A stretch of DNA of 36,883 nt from Nemertoderma westbladi (Eukaryota; Animalia; Xenacoelomorpha). The notes under the pieces are model-generated. The model saw nothing but the letters and a program-made list of their open reading frames with translations, was not told the origin of the DNA and did no database searches. Within the stretch, counting starts at the first letter, position 1. Every line of letters starts with the position of its first letter. The DNA lies in the NCBI GenBank assembly GCA_032718475.1, contig JAUCBJ010001775.1:1-36883 (forward strand), written 5' to 3'. Made by a program: the position numbers and the translations under genes. Positions 1-12,064 of this stretch are shown here, piece by piece.

Positions 1-623
1 AACTTGATATAGAATTCCAAAGTCTACATTTTGATGTAGACTTTGGATATACTATCGATTCAAAGTCTACAAAACTTATGTCAAAGTTATATATACAGTA
101 TTATCTCCTCTTATATCAAAGCAGATTATTTTATAAAATTCTGCCCCGTAGAATTCCACCACGGATAATTCTGCGTTGTATAATTCCGCACCTGAAATAA
201 TTATCTCTGACAATTCCATCCCGTCCACCCGCAGCGGCCCGGTACTTTAAAAATAATTATTTATTATCTGGGGAATAAATGTCCAACGTATTTTTCCCAA
301 ATAACACGGAAGTTTATTCTTAAATTGATACTTTCTTGTTGTTTAATTCTTGAATAAAAGATTGAACTACAAAATAAATTGAACGAACTACAGTATTTTA
401 GTAATTACAGCGATTCCAATCAAACAAACCAGAATATTGGATATTAATTGAGTTCTGTTTTGGAATACGCCCCACAGACACCAGAGTGACACTTTTGAGT
501 GTGTGTATTAATTTGGCTCCAATTACGTACAAACCTTTTCTTCTTCGAAGCTCTTTCAACACATAATAAAATGTAATAATTTCGCCGGGAAAAAGTAAAA
601 TAAATGCAATCCTATGGGATACT

Positions 624-705
624 TTTTTCCCTAAGGAAAAAGTAATCTTTTTTCCCTAAGGAAAAAAGTAATATTTTTTCCCTAAGGAAAAAAAAGTAAT
701 CTTTT
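624..705. repeat. Three tandem copies of quasi-palindrome TTTTTCCCTAAGGAAAAA-GTAAT
   Basis: Directly visible; period about 26 bp. Confidence 0.8.
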
Positions 706-1565
706 TTCATTTTTTCTTTTTTCATTCATCCACAATTTAACTTCCATGAACACCCGTTATAGATATACCGTTAATGTCTATGTTCCAAAATAAATTATTA
801 TTTCAATAAATAACAGGGTGATATAATATTGTTATTGCATTAAACGCGAGTAATATTTTGGATATTATTGCACTGCACTGCTATATTATATCTAAAAATA
901 TACATACAATTTACAAAATAAGTTAAATATGTGAAATATAATATGTCGGAATACAATAAACTATAACGGATAACTCAGATCACTTAACACTTAAACATAA
1001 CATATACAGACAGACAAACAGTTGACTCAACTAGACCTACTTAATGTTTTAGAAACAGTGAACTTCATAAGCTCAAAGACAATGAAATAAAATACCCAAA
1101 TACGTAAGATAAGAAAACGAACGCAACCCACGCGTAATTAATTATAATGTACAATCTATAAAAGTGAATAAATAACTTTCTATGAAATTAATGCCCTGTG
1201 TGAATGCGGCACTTACTCACTTTCGGAACATTACAAAAGTTAAACAGATGTTGAGTTGAGTGGGTCTAAATAAACGTAAATCTCTAGATCAATATAACGA
1301 CACCTTCCCTCTAATTGTCATTAATTAGAGTTAAACTTATTCTCAACGAGTGTACACAATGTCGGCAAGGGACAGCCACACAGTGACTGCGATCATGAAC
1401 GCTAACAATGTTAATGATCAATAATTGAGGTGAAGGAACAGGTTTTAGTGGAAGGCAATTCTAACCAAAACAGTAAACGAGGGCCAATAGGTTACAATTA
1501 CGTTTTTGCCCCTACCGGCGTAGCGTTTACACCCATAAACAACAGACAACACGGCGTGTTGCCAA

Positions 1566-2225
1566 CTACGTCAAGACCTTTACAATACGACAACGATTGA
1601 GTTTGTCGAGGTAATACAGTTTAACTGAGAGCAACGCAAACTGACCAGTGTGGATAACTGACTGGAAGGCCCAGAATATCGCGGCAAGAGGAAAGTTTAC
1701 GGCGTTCTTGAGACAGAGGTCCGGACAGGAACCACATCGACGACCAATGTAATCTATATCGTGTACCAAGACGAGCACGGTTGACCAGATGGATACCGCG
1801 ACCTGGATAGCGGTAGCTAGCAAAGCGAACATAACGACGGCGATGGCAAGTCGTCGAGGACACCGATGCAAAGCCCGGAAACTGGTTGTCAGACAGAGAA
1901 TCCCCGAGCTGAGAAACAACATAGCGAATCCCGAGAGAGTTAGGTCCAACGGGCAGTCCACCATCCAACGCAAGGGTATGTCGGTGATCAGAACGAAGCC
2001 GCAGAGTATCTGATAGAGGGACAGTAGGAGTAGGATCACCCGGGTCTTACGACGCAGTAGAGAGACAAAGAAATCCTCCCAACTAGGGGTGTTGTCCGGT
2101 GGGGGTACACCAATGCGCACGACTGGTTCCATTCGGTAGATAAGATCCAACGCTGGTACAGCGGTAGTTTTGGTGGTTGTGATAGTCTTGGTAGAACAGT
2201 CTTTATAGATCGTTGTAATTACCAT
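1566..2225 (-). CDS. Intronless four-transmembrane protein, MS4A/CD20-like topology
   Basis: 219-aa ATG ORF, GC-richer than its flanks, with four hydrophobic segments. TM1 has QILCG and TM2 has SGILCL (reminiscent of MS4A QIxxG and SGxL). Cys-rich second extracellular loop CGSCPDLC. Family assignment by eye only. Confidence 0.7.
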   Translation of the reverse strand: MVITTIYKDCSTKTITTTKTTAVPALDLIYRMEPVVRIGVPPPDNTPSWEDFFVSLLRRKTRVILLLLSLYQILCGFVLITDIPLRWMVDCPLDLTLSGFAMLFLSSGILCLTTSFRALHRCPRRLAIAVVMFALLATAIQVAVSIWSTVLVLVHDIDYIGRRCGSCPDLCLKNAVNFPLAAIFWAFQSVIHTGQFALLSVKLYYLDKLNRCRIVKVLT

Positions 2226-3799
2226 TGTTATTCGATTTTATTATAACTAATTAATAATACAAAAACATAGACAGGTAATAAATAATTCAAAGTAGATGAT
2301 AAGAAATAAATATTGAGCGAGAATTCATTTACTGGAGTTTGTTGAAAGCTTTTTAATGGAGCCAACATTTAAAGGTTGTAGAATTATGTAATAATCAGTC
2401 ACGGGGTTTTAATGAAGGTGCAACGGACCAATCAGATTTGAGCAGCCCGGCTTTGAATACAATGGAGTTGGGAATACAATGGAACCTCTGTTGTAATGAG
2501 GGCCCAATATTCTGGGAACTTTATGACAGGAAAGTATGTCACGCACGATACAGTTACACAACAAAGAGGCCCTTATGGCCGGTAGCATGAATGCCTTACT
2601 GACTAAGCAATCAATATCAACTAACACACAGGAGGTTTATTGTTGTAGCAAAAGTGAAGGCGAGCAATTAAAAACTTATATTGGATATAAAGGCGCACCA
2701 ATTACACCAGAGGGGTCGCCTAAATTAACATGATGTTAATATTATTGTAGATCACACATTGCATATAAGTTACCACATCTCTATCAAGCAACTAAGGCAC
2801 ATATTTAGTATTAGTATTTATTACGTTATTAATATTACGAAGGTATTAACTAATAGGCTGGAATCATATTGATAGCGGACAAGAAAGGGTTAAAGAAATT
2901 ATTAACTGGGAAGCAGCAGCACAAACTTGCGCAAATCGCGCTTCTGCTTATTAGTTACAGGTCGGCGGACCCGCTGCGCTGGGGGTGTAATTGAATTACC
3001 TAAATAAAATTGGCATTGAACTTAAGGATTTATATTCTATTTTATTATATTATATAAATCAGTCCTTTTGAATGAGGAAGATAATAAAATAATAATTATA
3101 TATGTTTTATTCATCCGGATTCCATTGGCAAGTAATATCGATTTGCAACGTATTGAGTAGCGATGGGACTTATCCGGAATTATATTTTTTCAAGGAAATT
3201 TCCGGAAAAGTATACTTCACCCGTATTTACTAACACAAGAGCCAAGACACCGAACCACTGCAACACCACTAAGCCGGTAACACTTGTTTATAGTGTTTAC
3301 TTTACTTTTATTTTCCTATGTGTTTACAGAATGTGTATAAAACTGGCAAAATAGCAGGAGGTATTAAACTGTGAAAGAGTTAAATTGAAAAAGTATTAAT
3401 TTCCGATATTTTAATTCGCTGATAAAAGTCAGCTGACAACTGAGGATGAATTCAACTGGTTATATTATTAGTTTGAGTGTATCCCCGCGAGAGTCAATGG
3501 CGCAAAATGACCGCAAATACCAATAATGTGTGTTTAGTGGGTTTGAAAAATTAATTAAATTTTATTTAAAAAATTAAGGGAAGGGAACGCCACCGAGATC
3601 AGCCCCGAGATGAACAATGGTCGACATAACTTGATTACCTCGTATTCTTAATATACATTGTCCCCGGGAAAAGTAAACAAATTAAGTCGAACTCATGTAA
3701 TCAGTCTACAGTAGGTCATGTATAAACAGAGAAACAATGTCGCTTAATCCTCATTCATTGGAGACATTGCAACATTTATTAAGCTGTAATTAAGTAATT

Positions 3800-4077
3800 C
3801 GCCCATGTGAAGAATACCAGGATTTCACTTTTCGGTCGACCTTTTATTGGAATTTTATATATGAAGATTTTTTATTTTTTTTAATGTATCTTTATTAAGT
3901 GTTTTATAGCGCTTATTTCTGTCTTATAACCTGTACATATACTAATTCGTTTATTGTTTTGGTTAGATTCAGCCATTCTGTAACCTGTGTTTTTGGTGAA
4001 AACCTGGTATTCTTCACATGGAGGTAACTGCAAAGTGAAATATAACGGCAGAAAGTCTGATATTCTTCACATGGGCC
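3800..4077. mobile_element. Small TIR element (MITE) with 8-bp TSD
   Basis: TIR GCCCATGTGAAGAATA / TATTCTTCACATGGGC, flanked by AAGTAATT on both sides. An extra internal TIR copy lies at about 4003-4021 and a related fragment at about 35791-35852. Confidence 0.75.
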
Positions 4078-4271
4078 AAGTAATTAATACCATAATGCTT
4101 AATTAAGTTGTGACTATTAAACTGTAGTTTCAACCTTATTCGCAGCTGCTAATACCGGAACCGCGATACGTAATATGGCAAGGAACAAATTTGGAGAAAA
4201 GGCGTACGTGCTGATATAAAGAAGCACCACCCCCCCCCCCCCCCCCCCCCCGTATTATGATTGGCTGCTAC

Positions 4272-4439
4272 CTGTACGTTGGGTTGGGGTTCCTGTACGA
4301 CTCGAATGTCCGGCGTCCGATATCCGTGACCCCCGGGGCTTCCGGTCGCGTTGACCGTTACGTGCGAGAAACGCGGAGACATTCCGGGGAAGTTACGTGG
4401 AGAAAACCCGGGGAAACCTGCCCCCGAGTTTCCGCCAAC
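4272..4439 (-). CDS. BAG6: Probable BAG6-like coding exon 3 (low-complexity G/P-rich)
   Basis: GC-rich island with strong acceptor TTCTTTCCCCTTTTAG| at 4440. Open in phase 0 (VGGNSGAGFPGFSPRNFPGMSPRF...QEPQPNVQ), donor CAG|GTAGCA. No recognisable homology; assigned by strand, phase and composition. Confidence 0.6.
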
Positions 4440-4571
4440 CTAAAAGGGGAAAGAACACAAATTAACTTTATAACTCTCCAGTAATTAGTATAATAGGATA
4501 TTAGTTAGATAGTTATAGGGGCGTCGGCTCTGTTCGCAATAAAGAAGGAACCGTTTTAGTCAACGCAAATG

Positions 4572-4718
4572 CCGTATTTATTCGAATAAGAGCCTGGGCG
4601 CTTGAGTTTATAAATTGCCAATTGGGGAGCCATTTATTCGAGGGGAGCGTTTATGCGAGGGGGCGTTTATTTGAGGGGAGCGTTTATGCGAGGGTGGGAT
4701 CTTATTCGAGTAAACAGC
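4572..4718. mobile_element. Short inverted relative of the 5066-5676 MITE
   Basis: CCGTATTTATTCGAATAAGAGCCTGGG...TTTATAAATTGCCAATTGGGGAG is the near reverse complement of about 5618-5676. Confidence 0.75.
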
Positions 4719-5065
4719 TGAAACCTGCTCCTTTCCCAGTATTAATTCGGGAAATGGGACTCGAGTCAATGAACCCCCACACACTCTCATGCGCTTAATA
4801 CAAAATATTAAATATATAAAACACACTTATTACTCCAAGTAATAATAATTATTCATAATTAAATAAATTATGTGCTTTAGAACAAATAATGTCAGTTTAA
4901 AGGAGAAATCGATTGAACGTTGATCATAAGACCCGAAATACAAAAAGTAGCCAAAATCTTTAACCTCTATGTATGTTGTTAGAATGTGGTTTCCAAGATT
5001 TCTTAAAATTTACGAATCAGAATAAACATTATTGCATGAAAATTCGTCGAGTAGAAGTATAATTA

Positions 5066-5676
5066 CCGTATTTACTCGAATTAACGCCCCCCTTACTATC
5101 AAATGAGCAACTTAAACGCCTTCCCCGAATAAATGCCCCGGCGTTTAATAATATTACAATGTGGGACGTTAACATTGTTGAGAGTTAACTGATTGTTAAG
5201 ACTGAAGGTAAATGTAGTAGGGTGTTGTACCGCCGTAATAGCCTGCATTGTAATAAAGATAATCCTGGTTTTATTTGAATTATTTCATTTGTTTAACTTG
5301 TTTTCTTGAATTTAACAACATTCTTTATTAGGGTATTTATATTCAAAATGCTGAAAATCTAGAACATAAACATAAACGCCCCACTCGAACCACACATTTT
5401 GTAACTTAAACGCCTTCCCGGAATAAACGCCACCACTCGAACCACACAGTTTGGAACTTAAACGCCTTCCCCGAATAAACGCCCCCCTCGAATAAACGCC
5501 CTTCCCGAATAAACGCCTTCCCCGAATAAACGCCCCCCTCGAATAAACGCCCTTCCCGAATAAACGCCTTCCCCGAATAAACGCCCTCCCCGAATAAACG
5601 CCCCCCTTGAATAAACGCCTCCCCAATTGGCAATTTATAAACTTAAACACCCAGGCTCTTATTCGTGTAAATACGG
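5066..5676. mobile_element. Tc1/mariner-pogo-like MITE (CCGTA termini, TA TSD) in BAG6 intron 2
   Basis: TA|CCGTATTTACTCGAAT ... ATTCGTGTAAATACGG|TA; internal 17-18-bp CGAATAAACGCC repeats at about 5375-5620. Confidence 0.85.
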
Positions 5677-5783
5677 TATACAATTTTGAACATTTTGGTA
5701 CCATTTTGGCTACTTTGTTTGTGTTTGTGACCATTATTATTTATACTTAGCCCATACCGGTACGTGAATAATTAAATAAGTAC

Positions 5784-5912
5784 CTGGAACCGTTGAAATA
5801 TTACGTGGTGAGGTGTCCCCGTACCAGTACCACCTCGGGTGGTTGAGGTTGCGGAAGTTGTAACGGGTGCAGGTTGGGTGGAGGGAGGGGGTCGTTCAAC
5901 CAGATGGATCAC
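5784..5912 (-). CDS. BAG6: BAG6-like coding exon 2
   Basis: Acceptor TTCTTCCCAG| followed by VIHLVERPPP, completing the BAG6 signature GKVIHLVERxPP. Donor CAG|GTACTT at 5784; an alternative donor near 5804 is possible. Confidence 0.82.
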
Positions 5913-6340
5913 CTGGGAAGAATAATTGATTAATACGCTCAATAATAATACGTGTGTAGGCATTGTTATACCCGTACAGGTAATTTTTGTTAGATTATAG
6001 ATATCCGTAATAATTTACGGCCAAGTTAGTACAACAGCGATACCATATTTATGGATGCCGTTTATAGCGATACATCGGCTAATTATCTGACTACATATAC
6101 CCGAACCAAGCATTTGTAACACAAACTTAATACATCGTGGTAATAATTAAAGGTATATAGGAGAATTAGTCAGTCGTAAACAGAAGGAAAATAACTGGCG
6201 TACTAAAGTTACTAAATTTATACTTTAATAAATCTTCTTTAAGTCTTTCCTTGTTCTCTATTCCAGTTCTAGATAAATTTAATTAAGAAGTACCGGGTGA
6301 TTTAGCGCGCAATCTGCATTTTTTACAGTTTTTAACTCAC

Positions 6341-6535
6341 CTTCCCGCTTATATCGTGTTCAGATAATAGAGCAGAATCTTGTAGAACTCGACCCGCGTA
6401 TATCAATCGCTGCACATCGGGCAATATAGATACGGAAGTGGCGATCTTCTCTTTGAGTTGCCGAACCGTCATATCATCGGGAACGGAGTACGATCGGGAT
6501 TGCCCATCCAAAGTCTTTACCGTTATGTCAATCAT
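6341..6535 (-). CDS. BAG6: BAG6/BAT3/Scythe-like protein, coding exon 1 (ubiquitin-like domain)
   Basis: MIDITVKTLDGQSRSY...LKEKIATSVSI...QRLIYAGRVLQD...GK matches the BAG6-type UBL (VKTLD; QRLIYxGRVLQD). Canonical donor AAG|GTGAGT at 6341/6340, phase 0. Confidence 0.88.
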
Positions 6536-6754
6536 TGTGATTACCGGTACGTAATTGTTACTCAACTTTCTGAGTTTCAGTAATGCTGTAGTGGTCCGTT
6601 GTATGAGTGTATGAGTGCGTGGTGGTTGGGTCTTGATCAGTTTAGTAGGCCTATTACTGTATTAGTACTGGTTGATCTGAAAGGTTGTGATTGTGTAGCC
6701 TGTAAACTTGTGAATTGTGATGAATTTCACAATAAGACACGAGGCAGTAAATAG

Positions 6755-7467
6755 CAGGGATGTTAAGTGTTCTTTTACTGTTCTTTTCTTTTATGTTCTT
6801 TTATAATAAAAGAACAATTCGATATTTTTAGCAAATTGTTCTTTTATTATGGAATTACTAAGAAACTGCAAAAGTAATGAGAAAATAGGCCTATACCCTC
6901 CCTACTGCGACTGCCCCCCTAATATCACTAATAATACTTCTAGCCTTCTATACTCATGCTATACTCATTTACTCATACCGATATTAATAGTTGTTATGTT
7001 GGATGGATGTCAGGATGTATAGTACCGGTAATTAATACACCCAGTTAGGTTGAATTTATGAACAATAAACAACAGGGGTTTATTTATTTTGTTCCATTAG
7101 ACAAGGATTGGGTGTGAATGAGGAACGCCCCATAGAGCCATACTCTACGTGGGCTTATTTTGTTTCATTAGACAAGGGTTGGATGCGGGTGAGGAACGCC
7201 CCATACTCTACGTGGGCTTATTTTGTTCCATTAGACAAGCTGACAAGGGTTGAATAGGAGTGAGGAATGCCCCATACTGTACGTGGGCTTGTTTAACTCA
7301 TAACCTGTTTATGTAATACACCACATTATAAGAATCAATTATATTTAGCTAACACTTGATACTAAATACAATATAAATGTTCTTTTATGGTCTTTTAATG
7401 TTCTTTTATGTTCTTTTATATCAAAGAACAATTCAGTTTTTAAAAAATTGTTCTTTTAACATCCCTG
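6755..7467. mobile_element. Non-autonomous hAT-type MITE
   Basis: 12-bp TIR CAGGGATGTTAA / TTAACATCCCTG; perfect 8-bp TSD GTAAATAG (6747-6754, 7468-7475); subterminal TGTTCTTTT repeats; three internal ~60-70-bp repeats at about 7080-7290. Confidence 0.9.
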
Positions 7468-8429
7468 GTAAATAGGTATCGGTAGGCTTAAACAGGAAGT
7501 ACCGTACACCGTGACCGACGACCGTAGTACCAGTTAGTGTTGCAATGGGATCCCGTTACCGAAAATCGGGATCCCGACGGAAAATCCCGATCCCCATCAG
7601 CCCATACTGCCATAGAAAAAAAATCGGGATTTTTCGAGCTTTGCTATATCTGAATTTATATGCCCTGCAGCTTAAAATTGGTATAAAATCAAAACAAAAA
7701 TAAATGAATAAAATCAAAATGAATAATCAAAATGAAAAATAAAGTAAAAGTATTGGTAACGTTTTTGCTTTTAGAACTACCTACAGACAGTGCAATAGTA
7801 GCCTAACTTACATGACTTATTACTGTATTATTATAACTGATTTCTGAATCTGAATTTCATTCATTAAATAATGCATAAAATTTATACCGGTACCGGTACA
7901 TGAATGTCTATATTATAAATAATAGAAACACTTCTTGATATGCTTTTTATTGAGTATGATAAACATTTTTATGTGGCAGCTGGTTTCACTGTGTCCAGTC
8001 CAAGTAGCGGGAAGTAGGCCTACAATGCACACATCTCCAATCTCATTATATTTAGAGATGTCACAGTCACACTGTCACAGGCTGGCAGCGATTCACTGAT
8101 TCAGTCTCAGTCAGACTACAGTAGATCAGAAGATAGATATGAAAAATGTTGCAGAAATTATATTAATAACTAAATAACGTGTGTGAATGAAATACGGTAA
8201 CCGTCAGACGTAGTTATGGCTGTATGGCAGTCAATATTAATGTTTTTAAGAACTTGTTAAAAAAAAAGTAGATCTTTTACCTTATTGTACAGTTGTAGTT
8301 TTGATAGATTTTTGGATTAGTAATTTTTACAATATATACAATATAAGACTGTGAGAAACATGCATTTTAGTCTTTTAATTTAACGATATTTTTAGTGCAA
8401 TTGCCAGATTGTTGCCCGTAAGTCAGTAA

Positions 8430-9983
8430 GTGCAGAAGTGTCCATGTAACCATCCGTGTCCATCCTGTATATTACGTAAACTTGAAGGTAAATCGAGTCG
8501 TACGCCTGATGGTTTCCCCAGTATTATCTTCTCTAGATTATCACGGTGCTTGGCAGCTCCTCTAGCGGCCATTTTCCAAATATCGTTTAGTAGCCATTGT
8601 CTACCTTCTATTTGGTTAACAGCATTCATTGTTCCAATCTATAAGAAGGGGGATGCTGCCGACCCGTACAATTACAGACCTGTTTCTTTGACCTGTATTG
8701 CATGCAAAATTATGGAGATGTGTATAAAGGACAAATTGCTCGATTATTTATATTCTCATAAACTCATATCTAAATCGCAACATGGGTTCTTAAAGAAACG
8801 GTCTACCTGTACTCAATTATTGGAATGTACAACTGATTGGTGCAATTTATTAGATAGTCGACAGAGCACGGACACAATTTATATTGATTTTGCGAAAGCA
8901 TTTGATTCTGTTGTACATAGGAAGTTATTATCTAAATTATCGGCATATGGTATATCTGGAGATTTACTATTGTGGTTATCGGCTTTTTTATCTGATCGTA
9001 GCCAACGTGTTGTTGTTGGAAATAGTTTTTCCGATGTCTGCTATGTACTATCCGGTACCCCTCAAGGTAGCGTACTTGGCCCAATATTGTTTGTGTTGTT
9101 TATTAATGACCTACCTGATATAATCGGTAATAGTGTATCATGCAAATTGTTCGCCGACGATGTAAAGCTGTATGCGCGCTCGTCCGATAATTTGCAACTC
9201 GCTGAAGCTTTATCTGCTTTGGAAAAGTGGGCTGATACATGGCAACTCAAAATTGCTGCTCATAAGTGCATCGTGCTTTACATCGGTTCGGCAGACCGAC
9301 ATGATACGCAGTACATGTTAGGTGGTAAATGTTTAAAGATTGACACTTCCTGTAGAGACCTGGGTATTACAATGTGTAGTTCTCTTAATTTCGATGTTTA
9401 TTGTCGCGAACAAGCTGCCAAGGCCCTAAAAATGACAAATTTGATTTTCAAGTGCTTTTTAACTTCGAATCGTTCTGCATTAATTACGGCTTTTAAATCT
9501 TATGTGCGTCCCTTATTAGAGTACTGTACGCCTATATGGTCTCCTTTTCATTTAGGTTGTATAGACTTACTTGAGCGGGTACAGAGATATTTTACGCGTC
9601 GCCTTTTTAAACGTTGTAATTTGGATTGTACAGTAAGCTATTTGAATCGAATTAACGTATTACAACTTCAACCCCTGGAAGTGCGCCGCATAATTTTTGA
9701 CCTCAAGATGACCTTCGCTCTTTCGAACAACGAAGTCGACCTAAACTTCGCTGACTTCTTTACCTTGGCCCCTAGGGGTGGGTTGAGAGGTCACGACCGT
9801 AAACTGTTTCATAAACAGTCGCGCTTGCAGATGTGCAAAAATAATTTTTCCCATAGAGTGGTGCCCATTTGGAACTCGCTTCCAGCTGAAGTTGTAAATT
9901 GCCGTAATAAACTGTTATTTTCTCTAAGACTCAAAGAAATTAACCTACTTTCTTTTTGTAAGTTTAACCGGAATTTAGTGTAA
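8430..9983 (+). CDS. LINE ORF2 reverse transcriptase domain and C-terminus (N-terminally truncated)
   Basis: Motifs PIYKKG, NYRPVSLT, QHGF, YIDFAKAFDSV, GTPQGSVLGPILF, FADD, RDLGI, YVRPLLEYC..IWSP, LERVQR, RGH and RVVPIWNSLP with no stops. The GTG start is not a genuine start. Confidence 0.92.
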   Translation: MQKCPCNHPCPSCILRKLEGKSSRTPDGFPSIIFSRLSRCLAAPLAAIFQISFSSHCLPSIWLTAFIVPIYKKGDAADPYNYRPVSLTCIACKIMEMCIKDKLLDYLYSHKLISKSQHGFLKKRSTCTQLLECTTDWCNLLDSRQSTDTIYIDFAKAFDSVVHRKLLSKLSAYGISGDLLLWLSAFLSDRSQRVVVGNSFSDVCYVLSGTPQGSVLGPILFVLFINDLPDIIGNSVSCKLFADDVKLYARSSDNLQLAEALSALEKWADTWQLKIAAHKCIVLYIGSADRHDTQYMLGGKCLKIDTSCRDLGITMCSSLNFDVYCREQAAKALKMTNLIFKCFLTSNRSALITAFKSYVRPLLEYCTPIWSPFHLGCIDLLERVQRYFTRRLFKRCNLDCTVSYLNRINVLQLQPLEVRRIIFDLKMTFALSNNEVDLNFADFFTLAPRGGLRGHDRKLFHKQSRLQMCKNNFSHRVVPIWNSLPAEVVNCRNKLLFSLRLKEINLLSFCKFNRNLV

Positions 9984-10489
9984 TTATTGTAATTTTATCT
10001 GTAAATATAATATATGTTTTTATCTGTTCTACTTTATGTTTTTATCATATCTATTATAATTTCTACATACTATTAATTGTTATCTGCCTTCTATATCTAT
10101 ATTTGTAATAATGTCATTTGTTCTACTGTACTACTTGGAACTCATGTATACGTTTTTAATTTAATATGGCATATTGTTACGTTTTTATAAGATTTGTAAA
10201 TTTTTAATAATATGCTGCTCTAATGTACTGTTTATAGTATTTACATACATAATTTCAATATTTTTACTTCATTTCCGTTTAAATTTCCGCTTGATTTCAC
10301 TCTTTAGTAAGTACTGTCCGTTTTTATTTTCTTAAGATGCATTGGTCACAATTTTATTTATTCGTGTTTTTCTGATTTCAATTCAACTATTAGTGTACCT
10401 GGTCTTACCGTAAGTGTACCTTGTTGTTTTTCTCCGGTGTTAACATTTTTATAATATTTCACCGTGTTTAATAATAATAATAATAATAA
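8460..10489 (+). mobile_element. 5'-truncated non-LTR retrotransposon (CR1/L2-type LINE) with 3' UTR and (AAT)n tail
   Basis: RT ORF followed by a ~480-bp T-rich UTR ending in (AAT)n at about 10470-10489. No endonuclease or ORF1 upstream. The 5' boundary is approximate and no TSD was found. Confidence 0.85.
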
Positions 10490-10895
10490 CCTCTGACAGT
10501 CTGAACCTGGGTGATGTTCTGCCTTTTAATTAATTCTGTAATTTTTATATGTTTAATGCTTTAATCTGTTAATGATTAATAAAAGAGTGCATTATTATTA
10601 TTGTTATTAGGCCTACTGCACTTACTGCACATACACACATACCGGTACTGCAGGCAGTACCAGACCTGCAGACTGCCAGACTCAGACTGGCAGACGCCAG
10701 TGCAACAGTGTCTTATGTCTGTATGTTCAGACTGTCAGACATTCAGATGTTAGAATCGAACATGGGCAAGATCGCAGATGGCAGGATGCTGGGATGGGCT
10801 GGGCGTAGTACAGTGTACAGTCAGACAGTACTAGGACAGTAGGGTACCTCCTACACAGCAGTACTGTCTACAGGCTGACAGGTACAACAGTCATT

Positions 10896-11163
10896 ACAGT
10901 ATTCTCACTCCCCAGCTCCCGTGGTGTAATTTCCTAGTGTATACTGTATAGTATTCTCATTCCCCAGCTCCCGTGTTGTAATTTCCCTAGTGTACAGTAT
11001 TCTCACTCCCCAGCTCCCGTGGTGTAATTTCCCATAGTGTAGGGTATTCTGACGTAATTTCCCTAGTGTACAGTATTCTCACTCCCCAGCTCCCGTGGTG
11101 TAATTTCCCATAGTGTAGGGTATTCTGACGTAATTTCCCTAGTGTACAGTATTCTCACTACAG
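10896..11163. repeat. Short tandem repeat (ACAGTATTCTCACTCCCCAGCTCCCGTGGTGTAATTTCC units)
   Basis: Four to five near-identical copies with ~45- and ~74-bp periods. Confidence 0.85.
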
Positions 11164-12064
11164 TGAAACTCACCCCTGCATTATTTATCAATTTTCCCTC
11201 TGTCTGTCTTGCAAATCCATCCCCGGTTAAATTTAGCTCCTTCACACGAGGGGGGCAATGGCAGTCTAATACTGATAATATTGTAATACTGATGGTCTGC
11301 CGGTGTAACAGGAAAATATTGATTTATCTGCACTGATCATAATACATTGTAAATCTGCTACGATCATAGAATGATCATACAAAATCTTTTAAGAATTTAC
11401 ATATACAAAATATTGAAAAAATATTTATTTATTGAATGTATGCATGGTTGCAATTTGTTAAATATCAAAACCATTTTTACATTAAACATTATAATCATTG
11501 TCTTGGAAAGTAACAACATGGCTATTATATCTGCTACGATCAGACTACGATCAGGATAAGATCAGGCCAGATAAGGAGGCTGCCCAAATTTTAAAACACC
11601 AGAGGCAGAGGCCAATGATAATTATTTTTTTGCCGAATTTGACCGACCAGAGTACTCTCTTTCACAGCGTTTTACATAAGATTACATATCATACGAAGAT
11701 CTTTTCAGATCTTATCATGATCATATCATGATAATATCAAGTTAGAAATTATCAATACTAAAACTCCAGAGATCAGCCGTGGTCTTACCAATCCTGCAAA
11801 GATTTGCACTGATCATTACCAACCCTGCTAATATCATAGAGCAAAGGTGCCAAGATCTTATCAAGACATATGAAGATCTTATGCTAAGATCAGTGCAGAT
11901 TGGTGACGTTGCAAGTCTAGGGGAACTCAGCAGCAAAACGGTGCAATATAAAATACTGCATTGTACTGTATAACTGTAATTTAAATTAATTTTTGTAAAG
12001 TAAAATAAATGCTGTAAATATTCGCTATAATGGAAGGGCAATTTGGGAGGGAATGGGGGTGCTC

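Noticed and set aside
16-47. 14-bp perfect hairpin TCCAAAGTCTACAT/ATGTAGACTTTGGA
   Set aside because: At the window edge with a third copy nearby; most likely part of a repeat element and no function can be assigned.
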